A DNA stretch of 64,000 bases, taken from positions 10,354,001 to 10,418,000 of the forward strand of contig OZ024757.1 in NCBI GenBank assembly GCA_964016885.1, in the 5' to 3' direction. Each line of letters opens with the position of its first letter. Position 1 is the stretch's first letter. Position numbers and translations under genes: made by a program. Of this stretch, positions 51,501-63,100 are shown piece by piece. The notes below the pieces were generated by a model. The model saw nothing but the letters and a program-made list of their open reading frames with translations, made no database searches and was not told the DNA's origin. Origin of the DNA: Eledone cirrhosa (taxonomy: Eukaryota).

Positions 51501-54500
51501 AGTTGGGGTTGAGGTAAGTTGGGGTTAAGTTAAGTTGGGGTTAAGTTAAGTTTGGTTTAAGTTAAGTTGGGGTTAAGTTAAGTTGGGGTTAAGTTAAGTT
51601 GGGATTAGGTTAAGTTGGGGTTAAGTTAAGTTGGGGTTAAGTTAAGTTGTGGTTAATTTAAGTTGGGGTGAAGTTAAGTTGGGGTTAAGTTAAGTTGGTG
51701 TTAAGGTAAGTTGGGGTTAAGTTAAGTTGGGGTTAAGTTAAGTTGGGGTTAAGTTAAGTTGGGGTTAACTTAAGTTGGGGTTAACTTAAGTTGGGGTTAA
51801 GTTGGGGTTAACTTAAGTTGGGGTTAAGTTGGGGTTAACTTAAGTTGGGGTTAAGTTAAGTTGGGGTTGAGTTAAGTTGGGGTTGATTTAAGTTGGGGTT
51901 GAGTTAAGTTGGAGTCGAGTTAAGTTGGGGTTGAGTTAAGTTGGGGTTAAATTAAGTTGGGGTTAAGTTAAGTTGGAGTTAAGTTAAGTTGGGGTTAAGT
52001 TAAGTTGGGGTTAAGTTAAGTTGGCGTTAAATTAAATTGGGGTTAAGTTAAGTTGGGGTTACGTTAAGTTGGGGTTAAGTTAAGTTGGGGTTAAGTCAAG
52101 TTGGGGTTAAATCAAGTTGGGGTTAACTTAAGTTTGTATTAACTTAAGTTGGGTTAACTTAAGTTGGGGTTAAGTTGGGCTTAACTTAAGTTGGGGTTAA
52201 GTTAAGTTGGGGTTGAGTTAAGTTGGGGTTGAGTTAAGTTGGGGTTGAGTTAAGTTGGGGTTGAGTTAAGTTGGGGTCGAGTTAAGTTGGGGTTGACTTA
52301 AGTTGGGGTTAAGTTAAGTTGGGGTTAAGTTAAGTTGGGGTTAAGTTAAGTTGGGATTAGATTAAGTAGGAGTTAAGTTAAGTTGGGGTTAAGTTAAGTC
52401 GGAGTAAAGTTAAGTTGGGGTTAAGTTAAGTTGGGGGTAAGTTAAGTTGTGGTTAAGTTAAGTTGGGGTTAAGTTGGGGTTAAGTTAAGTTGGGGTTGAG
52501 TTAAGTTGGGGTTGAATTAAGTTGGGATTGAGTTAAGTTGGAGTTAAGTTAAGTTGGGGTTAAGTTAAGTTGGGGTTAAGTTAAGTTGGCGTTAAATTAA
52601 GTTGGGGTTAAGTTAAGTTAGGGTTACGTTAAGTTGGGGTTAAGTTAAGTTGGGGTTAAGTCAAGTTGGGGTTAAATCAAGTTGGGGTTAACTTAAGTTT
52701 GGATTAACTTAAGTTGGGTTAACTTAAGTTGGGATTAAGTTGGGGTTAACTTAAGTTGGGGTTAAGTTAAGTTGGGGTTGAGTTAAGTTGGGGTTGAGTT
52801 AAGTTGGGGTTGAGTTAAGTTGGGGTTAAGTTAAGTTGGGGTTAAGTTAAGTTGGGGTTAAGTTAAGTTGGGATTAGATTAAGTAGGAGTTAAGTTAAGT
52901 TGGGGTTAAGTTAAGTTGTGGTTAAGTTATGTTGGGGTTAAGTTAAGTTGGGGTTAAGTTAAGTTGGGGTTAACTTAAGTTGGAGTTAAGTTAAGTTGGG
53001 GTTAAGTTAAGTTGAGGCTAAGTTAAGTTGGGGCTGAGTTAACTTGGGGTTAAGTTAAGTTGGGGTTAAGTTAAGTTGGGGTTAAGGTAAGTTGGGGTTA
53101 AGTTAAGTTGGGGTTAACTTAAGTTGGGGTTAACTTAAGTTGGGGTTAAGTTGGGGTTAACTTAAGTTGGGGTTAAGTTAAGTTGGGGTTGAGTTAAGTT
53201 GGAGTTAAGTTAAGTTGGGGTTAATTTAAGTTGGGGTTAAGTTAAGTTGGGGTTAAGTTAAGTTGGGGTTAACTTAAGTTGGAGTTAAGTTAAGTTGGGG
53301 TTAAGTTAAGTTGAGGCTAAGTTAAGTTGGGGCTGAGTTAACTTGGGGTGAAGTTAAGTTGGGGTTAAGTTAAGTTGGGGTTAAGGTAAGTTGGGGTTAA
53401 GTTAAGTTGGGGTTAAGTTAAGTTGGGGTTAAGTTAAGTTGGGGTTAACTTAAGTTGGGGTTAAGTTGGGGTTAACTTAAGTTGGGGTTAATTTAAGTTG
53501 GGGTTGAGTTAAGTTGGGGTTGATTTCAGTTTGGGTTGAGTTAAGTTGGGGTCGAGTTAAGTTGGGGTTGTGTTAAGTGGGGGTTAAGTTAAGTTGGGGT
53601 TAAGTTAAGTTGGGGTTGAGTTAAGTTGATATCGAGGTAAGTTGGGGTTGAGTTAAGTTGGGGTTAATTTAAGTTTGGTTTAAGTTAAGTTGGGGTTAAG
53701 TTAAGTTGGGGTTAAGTTAAGGTGGGATTAGGTTAAGTTGGGGTTAAGTTAAGTTGGGGTTAAGTTAAGTTGTAGTTAAGTTAAGTTGGGGTTAAGTTAA
53801 GTTGGGGTTAAGTTAAGTTGGGGTTAAGGTAAGTTGGGGTTAAGTCAAGTTGGGGTTAAGTTAAGTTGGGGTTAAGTTAAGTTGGGGTTAACTTAAGTTG
53901 GGGTTAACTTAAGTTGGGGTTAAGTTGGGGTTTACTTAAGTTGGGGTTAAGTTGGGGTTAACTTAAGTTGGGGTTAAGTTAAGTTGGAGTCGAGTTAAGT
54001 TGGGGTTGAGTTAAGTTGGGGTTAAGTTAAGTTGGGGTTAAGTTAAGTTGGAGTTAAGTTAAGTTGGGGTTAAGTTAAGTTGGGGTTAAGTTAAGTCGGA
54101 GTTAAGTTAACTTGGGGTTAAGTTAAGTTGGGGGTAAGTTAAGTTGTGGTTAAGTTAAGTTGGGGTTAAGTTGGGGTTAAGTTAAGTTGGGGTTAAGTTA
54201 AGTGGGGTTGAGTTAAGTTGGAGTTAAGTTAAGTTGGGGTTAATTTAAGTTGGGGTTAAGTTAAGTCGGGGTAAAGTTAAGTTGGGGTTAAGTTAAGTTG
54301 GGGGTAAGTTAATTTGTGGTTAAGTTAAGTTGGGGTTTAGTTAATTTGGGGTTAAGTCAAGTTGGGGTTAAGTCAAGTTGGGGTTAAGTTAAGTTGGGGT
54401 TAAGTTAAGTCGGGGTTAAGTTAAGTTGGGGTTAAGTTAAGTTGGGGTAAGTTAAGTTGGGGTTAAGTTAAGTTGGGGTTTACTTAAGTTGGGGTTAAGT

Positions 54501-57149
54501 CAAGTTGGGGTTAAGTCAAGTTGGGGTTAAGTCAAGTTGGGCTTAAGTTAAGTTGGGGTTGAGTTAAGTTGGGGTTGATTTAAGTTGGGGTTGAGTTAAG
54601 TTGGGGTCGAGTTAAGTTGGGGTTGAGTTAAGTTGGGGTTGAGGTAAGTTGGGGTTAAGTTAAGTTGGGGTTAAGTTAAGTTTGGTTTAAGTTAAGTTGG
54701 GGTTAAGTTAAGTTGGGGTTAAGTTAAGTTGGGATTAGGTTAAGTTGGGGTTAAGTTAAGTTGGGGTTAAGTTAAGTTGTGGTTAATTTAAGTTGGGGTG
54801 AAGTTAAGTTGGGGTTAAGTTAAGTTGGTGTTAAGGTAAGTTGGGGTTAAGTTAAGTTGGGGTTAAGTTAAGTTGGGGTTAAGTTAAGTTGGGGTTAACT
54901 TAAGTTGGGGTTAACTTAAGTTGGGGTTAAGTTGGGGTTAACTTAAGTTGGGGTTAAGTTGGGGTTAACTTAAGTTGGGGTTAAGTTAAGTTGGGGTTGA
55001 GTTAAGTTGGGGTTGATTTAAGTTGGGGTTGAGTTAAGTTGGAGTCGAGTTAAGTTGGGGTTGAGTTAAGTTGGGGTTAAATTAAGTTGGGGTTAAGTTA
55101 AGTTGGAGTTAAGTTAAGTTGGGGTTAAGTTAAGTTGGGGTTAAGTTAAGTTGGCGTTAAATTAAATTGGGGTTAAGTTAAGTTGGGGTTACGTTAAGTT
55201 GGGGTTAAGTTAAGTTGGGGTTAAGTCAAGTTGGGGTTAAATCAAGTTGGGGTTAACTTAAGTTTGGATTAACTTAAGTTGGGTTAACTTAAGTTGGGGT
55301 TAAGTTGGGCTTAACTTAAGTTGGGGTTAAGTTAAGTTGGGGTTGAGTTAAGTTGGGGTTGAGTTAAGTTGGGGTTGAGTTAAGTTGGGGTTGAGTTAAG
55401 TTGGGGTCGAGTTAAGTTGGGGTTGACTTAAGTTGGGGTTAAGTTAAGTTGGGGTTAAGTTAAGTTGGGGTTAAGTTAAGTTGGGATTAGATTAAGTAGG
55501 AGTTAAGTTAAGTTGGGGTTAAGTTAAGTCGGAGTAAAGTTAAGTTGGGGTTAAGTTAAGTTGGGGGTAAGTTAAGTTGTGGTTAAGTTAAGTTGGGGTT
55601 AAGTTGGGGTTAAGTTAAGTTGGGGTTGAGTTAAGTTGGGGTTGAATTAAGTTGGGATTGAGTTAAGTTGGAGTTAAGTTAAGTTGGGGTTAAGTTAAGT
55701 TGGGGTTAAGTTAAGTTGGCGTTAAATTAAGTTGGGGTTAAGTTAAGTTGGGGTTACGTTAAGTTGGGGTTAAGTTAAGTTGGGGTTAAGTCAAGTTGGG
55801 GTTAAATCAAGTTGGGGTTAACTTAAGTTTGGATTAACTTAAGTTGGGTTAACTTAAGTTGGGATTAAGTTGGGGTTAACTTAAGTTGGGGTTAAGTTAA
55901 GTTGGGGTTGAGTTAAGTTGGGGTTGAGTTAAGTTGGGGTTGAGTTAAGTTGGGGTTAAGTTAAGTTGGGGTTAAGTTAAGTTGGGGTTAAGTTAAGTTG
56001 GGATTAGATTAAGTAGGAGTTAAGTTAAGTTGGGGTTAAGTTAAGTTGTGGTTAAGTTATGTTGGGGTTAAGTTAAGTTGGGGTTAAGTTAAGTTGGGGT
56101 TAACTTAAGTTGGAGTTAAGTTAAGTTGGGGTTAAGTTAAGTTGAGGCTAAGTTAAGTTGGGGCTGAGTTAACTTGGGGTTAAGTTAAGTTGGGGTTAAG
56201 TTAAGTTGGGGTTAAGGTAAGTTGGGGTTAAGTTAAGTTGGGGTTAACTTAAGTTGGGGTTAACTTAAGTTGGGGTTAAGTTGGGGTTAACTTAAGTTGG
56301 GGTTAAGTTAAGTTGGGGTTGAGTTAAGTTGGAGTTAAGTTAAGTTGGGGTTAATTTAAGTTGGGGTTAAGTTAAGTCGGGGTAAAGTTAAGTTGGGGTT
56401 AAGTTAAGTTGGGGGTAAGTTAATTTGGGGTTAAGTTAAGTTGGGGTTTAGTTAATTTGGGGTTAAGTCAAGTTGGGGTTAAGTCAAGTTGGGGTTAAGT
56501 TAAGTTGGGGTTAAGTTAAGTCGGGGTTAAGTTAAGTTGGGGTTAAGTTAAGTTGGGGTAAGTTAAGTTGGGGTTAAGTTAAGTTGGGGTTTACTTAAGT
56601 TGGGGTTAAGTCAAGTTGGGGTTAAGTCAAGTTGGGGTTAAGTCAAGTTGGGGTTAAGTTCAGTTGGGGTTAAGTTAAGTTGGGGTTAAATTAAGTTGGG
56701 GTTAAGTTAAGTTGGGGTTAAGTTAAGTTGGCGTTAAGTTAAGTTGGGGTTAAGTTAACTTGGGGTTAAGTTAAGTTGGGGTTAAGTTAAGTTGGGGTTA
56801 AGTCAAGTTGGGGTTAAATAAAGTTGGGGTTAACTTAAGTTTGGATTAACTTAAGTTGGGTTAACTTAAGTTGGGGTTAAGTTGGGGTTAACTTAAGTTG
56901 GGGTTAAGTTAAGTTGGGGTTAAGTTAAGTTGGGGTTGAGTTAAGTTGGGGTTGAGTTAAGTTGGGGTTGAGTTAAGTTGGGGTTGATTTAAGTTGGGGT
57001 TGAGTTAAGTTGGGGTCGAGTTAAGTTGGGGTTGAGTTAAGTTGGGATTAAGTTAAGTTGGGGTTAAGTTAAGTTGGGGTTAAGTTAAGTTTGGTTTAAG
57101 TTAAGTTGGGGTTAAGTTAAGTTGGGGTTAAGTTAAGTTGGGATTAGGT

Positions 57150-60100
57150 TAAGTTGGGGTTAAGTTAAGTTGGGGTTAAGTTAAGTTGTGGTTAACTTAA
57201 GTTGGGGTTAAGTTAAGTTGGGGTTAAGTTAAGTTGGGGTTAAGGTAAGTTGGGGTTAAGTTAAGTTGGGGTTAAGTTAAGTTGGGGTTAAGTTAAGTTG
57301 GGGTTAAGTTAAGTTGGGGTTAACTTAAGTTGGGGTTAAGTTGGGGTTAACTTAAGTTGGGGTTAAGTTGGGGTTAACTTAAGTTGGGGTTAAGTTAAGT
57401 TGGGGTTGAGTTAAGTTGGGGTTGATTTAATTTGGGGTTGAGATAAGTTGGAGTCGAGTTAAGTTGGGGTTGAGTTAAGTTGGGGTTAAGTTAAGTTGGG
57501 GTTAAGTTAAGTTGGAGTTAAGTTAAGTTGGGGTTAAGTTAAGTTGGGGTTAAGTTAAGTCGGAGTTAAGTTAAGTTGGGGTTAAGTTAAGTTGGGGGTA
57601 AGTTAAGTTGTGGTTGAGTTAAGTTGGGGTTGAATTAAGTTGGGGTTGAGTTGGGGTTAAGTTAAGTTGGGGTTAAGTTAAGTTGGGGTTGAGTTAAGTT
57701 GGGGTTGAATTAAGTTGGGGTTGAGTTAAGTTGGAGTTAAGTTCAGTTGGGGTTAAGTTAAGTTGGGGTTACGTTAAGTCGGGGTTAGGTTAAGTTGGGG
57801 TTAAGTTAAGTTGGGGGTAAGTTAAGTTGGGGTTAAGTTAAGTTGGGGTTAAGTTAAGTTGGGGTTAAGTCAAGTTGGGGTTAAATCAAGTTGGGGTTAA
57901 CTTAAGTTTGGATTAACTTAAGTTGGGTTAACTTAAGTTGGGGTTAAGTTGGGGTTAAGTTGGGGTTAAGTTAAGTTGGGGTTAAGTTAAGTTGGGGTTA
58001 AGTTAAGTTGGGGGTAACTTAAGTTGGGGTTAAGTTAAGTTGGGGTTAAGTTAAGTTGGGGTTAAGTTAAGTTGGGGTTAAGTTAAGTTGGGGTTAAGTT
58101 AAGTTGGGGTTAAGTAAAGTTGGGGTTGAGTTAATTTGGGGTTGAATTAAGTTGGGGTTAAGTTAAGTTGGGGTTAAGTCAAGTTGGGGTTAAATCAAGT
58201 TGGGGTTAACTTAAGTTTGGATTAACTTAAGTTGGGTTAACTTAAGTTGGGGTTAAGTTGGGGTTAAGTTGGGGTTAAGTTAAGTTGTGGTTAAGTTAAG
58301 TTGGGGTTAAGTTAAGTTGGGGTTAAGTTAAGTTGGGGTTAAGTTAAGTTGGGGTTAAGTTAAGTTGGGGTAAGTTAAGTTGGGGTTAAGTTAAGTTGGG
58401 GTTTACTTAAGTTGGGGTTAAGTCAAGTTGGGGTTAAGTCAAGTTGGGGTTAAGTTAAGTTGGGGTTGATTTAAGTTGGGGTTGAATTAAGTTGGGGTCG
58501 AGTTAAGTTGGGGTTGAGTTAAGTTGGGGTTAAGTTAAGTCGGGTTTAAATTAAGTTGGGGTTAAGTTAAGTTGTGGTAAGTTAAGTTAGGGTTAAGTTA
58601 AGTTGGGGTTTAGTTAAGTTGGGGTTAAGTCAAGTTGGGGTTAAGTCAAGTTGGGGTTAAGTCAAGTTGGGGTTAAGTTAAGTTGGGGTTAAGTTAAGTT
58701 GGGGTTAATTTAAGTTGGGATTAAGTTAAGTTGGGGTTAAGTTAAGTTGGCGTTAAGTTAAGTTGGGGTTAAGTTAAGTTGGGGTTAAGTTAAGATGGGG
58801 TTAAGTCAAGTTGGGGTTAAATCAAGTTGGGGTTAACTTAAGTTTGGATTAACTTAAGTTGGGTTAACTTAAGTTGGGTTTAAGTTGGGGTTAACTTAAG
58901 TTGGGGTTAAGTTAAGTTGGGGTTAAGTTAAGTTGGGGTTGAGTTAAGTTGGGGTTGAGTTAAGTTGGGGTTGAGTTAAGTTGGGGTTGATTTAAGTTTG
59001 GGTTGAGTTAAGTTGGGGTCGAGTTAAGTTGGGGTTGAGTTAAGTTGGGGTTAGGTTAAGTTGGGGATAAGTTAAGTTTGGTTTAAGTTAAGTTGGGGTT
59101 AAGTTAAGTTGGGGTTAAGTTAAGTTGGGATTAGGTTAAGTTGGGGTTAAGTTAAGTTGGGGTTAAGTTAAGTTGTGGCTAAGTTAAGTTGGGGTTAAGT
59201 TAAGTTGGGGTTAAGTTAAGTTGGGGTTAAGTTAAGTTGGAGTTCAGTTAAGTTGGGGTTAAGTTAAGTTGGGGGTAAGTTAATTTGGGGTTAAGTTAAG
59301 TTGGGGTTTAGTTAATTTTGGGTTAAGTCAAGTTGGGGTTAAGTCAAGTTGGGGTTAAGTTAAGTTGGGGTTAAGTTAAGTCGGGGTTAAGTTAAGTTGG
59401 GGTTAAGTTAAGTTGGGGTAAGTTAAGTTGGGGTTAAGTTAAGTTGGGGTTTACTTAAGTTGGGGTTAAGTCAAGTTGGGGTTAAGTCAAGTTGGGGTTA
59501 AGTCAAGTTGGGGTTAAGTTAAGTTGGGGTTAAGTTAAGTTGGGGTTAAATTAAGTTGGGGTTAAGTTAAGTTGGGGTTAAGTTAAGTTTGCGTTAAGTT
59601 AAGTTGGGGTTAAGTTAACTTGGGGTTAAGTTAAGTTGGGGTTAAGTTAAGTTGGGGTTAAGTCAAGTTGGGGTTAAATCAAGTTGGGGTTAACTTAAGT
59701 TTGGATTAACTTAAGTTGGGTTAACTTAAGTTGGGGTTAAGTTGGGGTTAACTTAAGTTGGGGTTAAGTTAAGTTGGGGTTAAGTTAAGTTGGGGTTGAG
59801 TTAAGTTGGGGTTGAGTTAAGTTGGGGTTGAGTTAAGTTGGGGTTGATTTAAGTTGGGGTTGAGTTAAGTTGGGGTCGAGTTAAGTTGGGGTTGAGTTAA
59901 GTTGGGGTTGAGGTAAGTTGGGGTTAAGTTAAGTTGGGATTAGGTTAAGTTGGGGTTAAGTTAAGTTGGGGTTAAGTTAAGTTGTGGTTAATTTAAGTTG
60001 GGGTTAAGTTAAGTTGGGGTTAAGTTAAGTTGGTGTTAAGGTAAGTTGGGGTTAAGTTAAGTTGGGGTTAAGTTAAGTTGGGGTTAAGTTAAGTTGGGGT

Positions 60101-63100
60101 TAACTTAAGTTGGGGTTAACTTAAGTTGGGGTTAAGTTGGGGTTAACTTAAGTTGGGGTTAAGTTGGGGTTAACTTAAGTTGGGGTTAAGTTAAGTTGGG
60201 GTTGAGTTAAGTTGGGGTTGATTTAAGTTGGGGTTGAGTTAAGTTGGAGTCGAGTTAAGTTGGGGTTGAGTTAAGTTGGGGTTAAATTAAGTTGGGGTTA
60301 AGTTAAGTTGGAGTTAAGTTAAGTTGGGGTTAAGTTAAGTTGGGGTTAAGTTAAGTTGGCGTTAAATTAAATTGGGGTTAAGTTAAGTTGGGGTTACGTT
60401 AAGTTGGGGTTAAGTTAAGTTGGGGTTAAGTCAAGTTGGGGTTAAATCAAGTTGGGGTTAACTTAAGTTTGGATTAACTTAAGTTGGGTTAACTTAAGTT
60501 GGGGTTAAGTTGGGCTTAACTTAAGTTGGGGTTAAGTTAAGTTGGGGTTGAGTTAAGTTGGGGTTGAGTTAAGTTGGGGTTGAGTTAAGTTGGGGTTAAG
60601 TTAAGTTGGGGTTAAGTTAAGTTGGGGTTAAGTTAAGTTTGGTTTAAGTTAAGTTGGGGTTAAGTTAAGTTGGGGTTAAGTTAAGTTGGGATTAGGTTAA
60701 GTTGGGGTTAAGTTAAGTTGGGGTTAAGTTAAGTTGTGGTTAAGTTAAGTTGGGGTTAAGTTAAGTTGGGGTTAAGTTAAGTTGGGGTTTAGTTAATTTG
60801 GGGTTAAGTTAAGTTGGGGTTAAGTTAAGTTGGGGTTAAGTTAAGTTGGGGTTAACTTAAGTTGGGGTTAACTTAAGTTGGGGTTAAGTTGGGGTTAACT
60901 TAAGTTGGGGTTATTTTGGGGTTAACTTAAGTTGGGGTTAAGTTAAGTTGGGGTTGAGTTAAGTTGGGGTTGATTTAATTTGGGGTTGAGATAAGTTGGA
61001 GTCGAGTTAAGTTGGGGTTGAGTTAAGTTGGGGTTAAGTTAAGTTGGGGTTAAGTTAAGTTGGAGTTAAGTTAAGTTGGGGTTAAGTTAAGTTGGGGTTA
61101 AGTTAAGTCGGAGTTAAGTTAAGTTGGGGTTAAGTTAAGTTGGGGGTAAGTTAAGTTGTGGTTGAGTTAAGTTGGGGTTGAATTAAGTTGGGGTTGAGTT
61201 GGGGTTAAGTTAAGTTGGGGTTAAGTTAAGTTGGGGTTGAGTTAAGTTGGGGTTGAATTAAGTTGGGGTTGAGTTAAGTTGGAGTTAAGTTCAGTTGGGG
61301 TTAAGTTAAGTTGGGGTTACGTTAAGTCGGGGTTAAGTTAAGTTGGGGTTAAGTTAAGTTGGGGGTAAGTTAAGTTGGGGTTAAGTTAAGTTGGGGTTTA
61401 GTTAAGTTGGGGTTAAGTTAAGTTGGCGTTAAGTTAAGTTGGGGTTAAGTTAAGTTGGCGCTAAATTAAGTTGGGGTTAAGTTAAGTTGGGGTTACGTTA
61501 AGTTGGGGATAAGTTAAGTTGGGGTTAAGTCAAGTTGGGGTTAAATCAAGTTGGGGTTAACTTAAGTTTGGATTAACTTAAGTTGGGTTAACTTAAGTTG
61601 GGATTAAGTTGGGGTTAACTTAAGTTGGGGTTAAGTTAAGTTGGGATTAGATTAAGTAGGAGTTAAGTTAAGTTGGGGTTAAGTTAAGTTGTGGTTAAGT
61701 TAAGTTGGGGTTAAGTTAAGTTGGGGTTAAGTTAAGTTGGGGTTAACTTAAGTTGGAGTTAAGTTAAGTTGGGGTTAAGTTAAGTTGAGGCTAAGTTAAG
61801 TTGGGGCTGAGTTAACTTGGGGTGAAGTTAAGTTGGGGTTAAGTTAAGTTGGGGTTAAGGTAAGTTGGGGTTAAGTTAAGTTGGGGTTAAATTAAGTTGG
61901 GGTTAAGTTAAGTTGGGGTTAACTTAAGTTGGGGTTAAGTTGGGGTTAACTTAAGTTGGGGTTAATTTAAGTTGGGGTTGAGTTAAGTTGGGGTTGATTT
62001 CAGTTTGGGTTGAGTTAAGTTGGGGTCGAGTTAAGTTGGGGTTGTGTTAAGTGGGGGTTAAGTTAAGTTGGGGTTAAGTTAAGTTGGGGTTGAGTTAAGT
62101 TGGGATCGAGGTAAGTTGGGGTTGAGTTAAGTTGGGGTTAAGTTAAGTTTGGTTTAAGTTAAGTTGGGGTTAAGTTAAGTTGGGGTTAAGTTAAGGTGGG
62201 ATTAGGTTAAGTTGGGGTTAAGTTAAGTTGGGGTTAAGTTAAGTTGTGGTTAACTTAAGTTGGGGTTAAGTTAAGTTGGGGTTAAGTTAAGTTGGGGTTA
62301 AGGTAAGTTGGGGTTAAGTTAAGTTGGGGTTAAGTTAAGTTGGGGTTAAGTTAAGTTGGGGTTAAGTTAAGTTGGGGTTAACTTAAGTTGGGGTTAAGTT
62401 GGGGTTAACTTAAGTTGGGGTTAAGTTGGGGTTAACTTAAGTTGGGGTTAAGTTAAGTTGGGGTTGAGTTAAGTTGGGGTTGATTTAATTTGGGGTTGAG
62501 ATAAGTTGGAGTCGAGTTAAGTTGGGGTTGAGTTAAGTTGGGGTTAAGTTAAGTTGGGGTTAAGTTAAGTTGGAGTTAAGTTAAGTTGGGGTTAAGTTAA
62601 GTTGGGGTTAAGTTAAGTCGGAGTTAAGTTAAGTTGGGGTTAAGTTAAGTTGGGGGTAAGTTAAGTTGTGGTTGAGTTAAGTTGGGGTTGAATTAAGTTG
62701 GGGTTGAGTTGGGGTTAAGTTAAGTTGGGGTTAAGTTAAGTTGGGGTTGAGTTAAGTTGGGGTTGAATTAAGTTGGGGTTGAGTTAAGTTGGAGTTAAGT
62801 TCAGTTGGGGTTAAGTTAAGTTGGGGTTACGTTAAGTCGGGGTTAGGTTAAGTTGGGGTTAAGTTAAGTTGGGGGTAAGTTAAGTTGGGGTTAAGTTAAG
62901 TTGGGGTTAAGTTAAGTTGGGGTTAAGTCAAGTTGGGGTTAAATCAAGTTGGGGTTAACTTAAGTTTGGATTAACTTAAGTTGGGTTAACTTAAGTTGGG
63001 GTTAAGTTGGGGTTAAGTTGGGGTTAAGTTAAGTTGGGGTTAAGTTAAGTTGGGGTTAAGTTAAGTTGGGGGTAACTTAAGTTGGGGTTAAGTTAAGTTG

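Larger units (their letters stand above)
21970..62240 (+). repeat. ~11.7-kb higher-order repeat: copy A ~21970-36560 (14.6 kb), B ~36560-48950 (12.4 kb), C ~48950-60620 (11.7 kb), partial D ~60620-62240
   Basis: GAGATA 22368/36930/49320/60988 and 33286/45082/57440; AGATGG 34703/46404/58793; TTATTTT 36853/49243/60911; TAAATAAAG 32661/44457/56815; GATATC 41270/53628. Confidence 0.88.
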
